The notes beneath the pieces are model-generated. The model saw only the letters and a program-made list of their open reading frames with translations. It was not told where the DNA came from and ran no database searches. Position numbers and translations under genes: made by a program. A stretch of 64,000 nt of DNA from IMG/VR virus record IMGVR_UViG_3300037297_000066, positions 372,001-436,000 of that record. The stretch is one strand, 5' to 3'. Positions 63,051 through 64,000 of the stretch are shown here, one piece after another. Each line of letters starts with the position of its first letter. Within the stretch, counting starts at the first letter, position 1.

Positions 63051-64000
63051 ATGTCTGGAGGCGGATACGGTGGTGGTGCATGGGGCGGGGCCCCGTACGG
63101 ATACGGTTCCGTAATAGGGGGCTCTGCAGATGTACCCCTATCGGAATCCCTTTCCATAGCGGAAGGGTTGTCCGTCAGTATCGGATTGCTGAAAGTCGAG
63201 ATCACCGGAGGCCGCTACATCACAGCTACTCCAGTCACCGAGCTCCGATTTCACAAGATCCGAGACTTTCAGCGCTACAGTCTCTTTACGGTGGTCGAAG
63301 GGAGCACAGTTCTTCCTAGAATCCTGAGCATCGATCCCGTTTATACAATCTTAGAGTCAGGCTCAGGAGGAGCAGTCGTAAACACGGGGAGCTCCTATTC
63401 CACCCGAGCTCTTCAGGTTGATGGCCCTATTGCTGCCAACGACTACTACAAATACATCGAGATCGAAAACGGTCCCAACACTGGTCGCTACCAGATCTTG
63501 TCAGTACTGGTTCCTGGAAACCCTGGGACAGTCCTCTTAGATCGTGAGCTTGTTCTGAGAGATGCCTACAGTGGAGCTCTTTCTTGGAAGTTGACTACAG
63601 CGGTTCAAGCCATCGAAATGGAGGTCACCAAGGTCACGAACAACGTAGAGTATCAACTGGAAGTCAACCACCTCTGGACCGATTCAGGGTCGGTGTTCAG
63701 CGCTTCGGGTAAGTTCGAGACAGCCGCTGCTCCCAAGCCACAAGTGGCCTCAGCAAGCGCTTTGGAGGATGGGGTTGTCCTAGTGACCTTCAACGAGCCT
63801 ATGCGCTCAGAAAACGATCTCGTTGACCCTGCGGACTATGAGATCACTGGGCCCACAACGGTTCGGGTAAAGCGGGCATGGACCCTGACTGACACAGAGG
63901 TGGCTCTGGACACCGTAGGGTTGGACGCTGGAAGCTACACTCTGGAGGTAAACACTTCAGGAACGCCAAAGGACATTGCTGGAAATCCTCTGGACCCGAT
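63051..64000 (+). CDS. 3'-truncated structural protein with GYG-rich N-terminus and Ig-like domain
   Basis: Manual translation is open to the window end: MSGGGYGGGAWGGAPYGYG...VTFNEPM...YTLEV...KDIAGNPL. Not in the ORF track. Confidence 0.75.
   Translation, partial: MSGGGYGGGAWGGAPYGYGSVIGGSADVPLSESLSIAEGLSVSIGLLKVEITGGRYITATPVTELRFHKIRDFQRYSLFTVVEGSTVLPRILSIDPVYTILESGSGGAVVNTGSSYSTRALQVDGPIAANDYYKYIEIENGPNTGRYQILSVLVPGNPGTVLLDRELVLRDAYSGALSWKLTTAVQAIEMEVTKVTNNVEYQLEVNHLWTDSGSVFSASGKFETAAAPKPQVASASALEDGVVLVTFNEPMRSENDLVDPADYEITGPTTVRVKRAWTLTDTEVALDTVGLDAGSYTLEVNTSGTPKDIAGNPLDP

Noticed and set aside
63080-63319. 79-aa ORF from the track
   Set aside because: It is out of frame within the long ORF starting at 63051.
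1-64000. Stop-codon reassignment
   Set aside because: Long ORFs tile the window under the standard code and all three stop codons end genes.

Overview
The window is a gene-dense, entirely plus-strand virion morphogenesis region of a large (jumbo-type) myovirus or a closely related contractile-tail element. No terminase, portal, capsid, integrase, rRNA, tRNA or CRISPR is visible. The order is: fibre/decoration genes, neck genes, tail terminator, a 1419-aa sheath, tube, two chaperones, tape measure, two tube-initiator-like proteins (one carrying a lytic transglycosylase), hub, spike, baseplate wedge proteins, and a 2581-aa repeat fibre with accessory genes. Two non-structural clusters interrupt the module. 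The first, in the neck region, has a coiled-coil protein, a Dps-like ferritin, an actin resembling haloarchaeal volactin/salactin and a Zn-ribbon protein. The second, between sheath and tube, has an intein-containing UvrD/PcrA helicase and three unknown genes. The strongest leads are: (1) a candidate phage actin-plus-adaptor cytomotive system; (2) a 6-nt-periodic RRAYNN repeat in the leaders of the actin, sheath, tube, chaperone and baseplate genes; (3) recurring K/R-x-A motifs in the interrupting proteins, suggesting head-packaged, protease-processed cargo; (4) a fibre of 16+22 near-identical protein modules whose codons are scrambled and mosaic. All family assignments come from motif recognition and gene order; no database searches were run.
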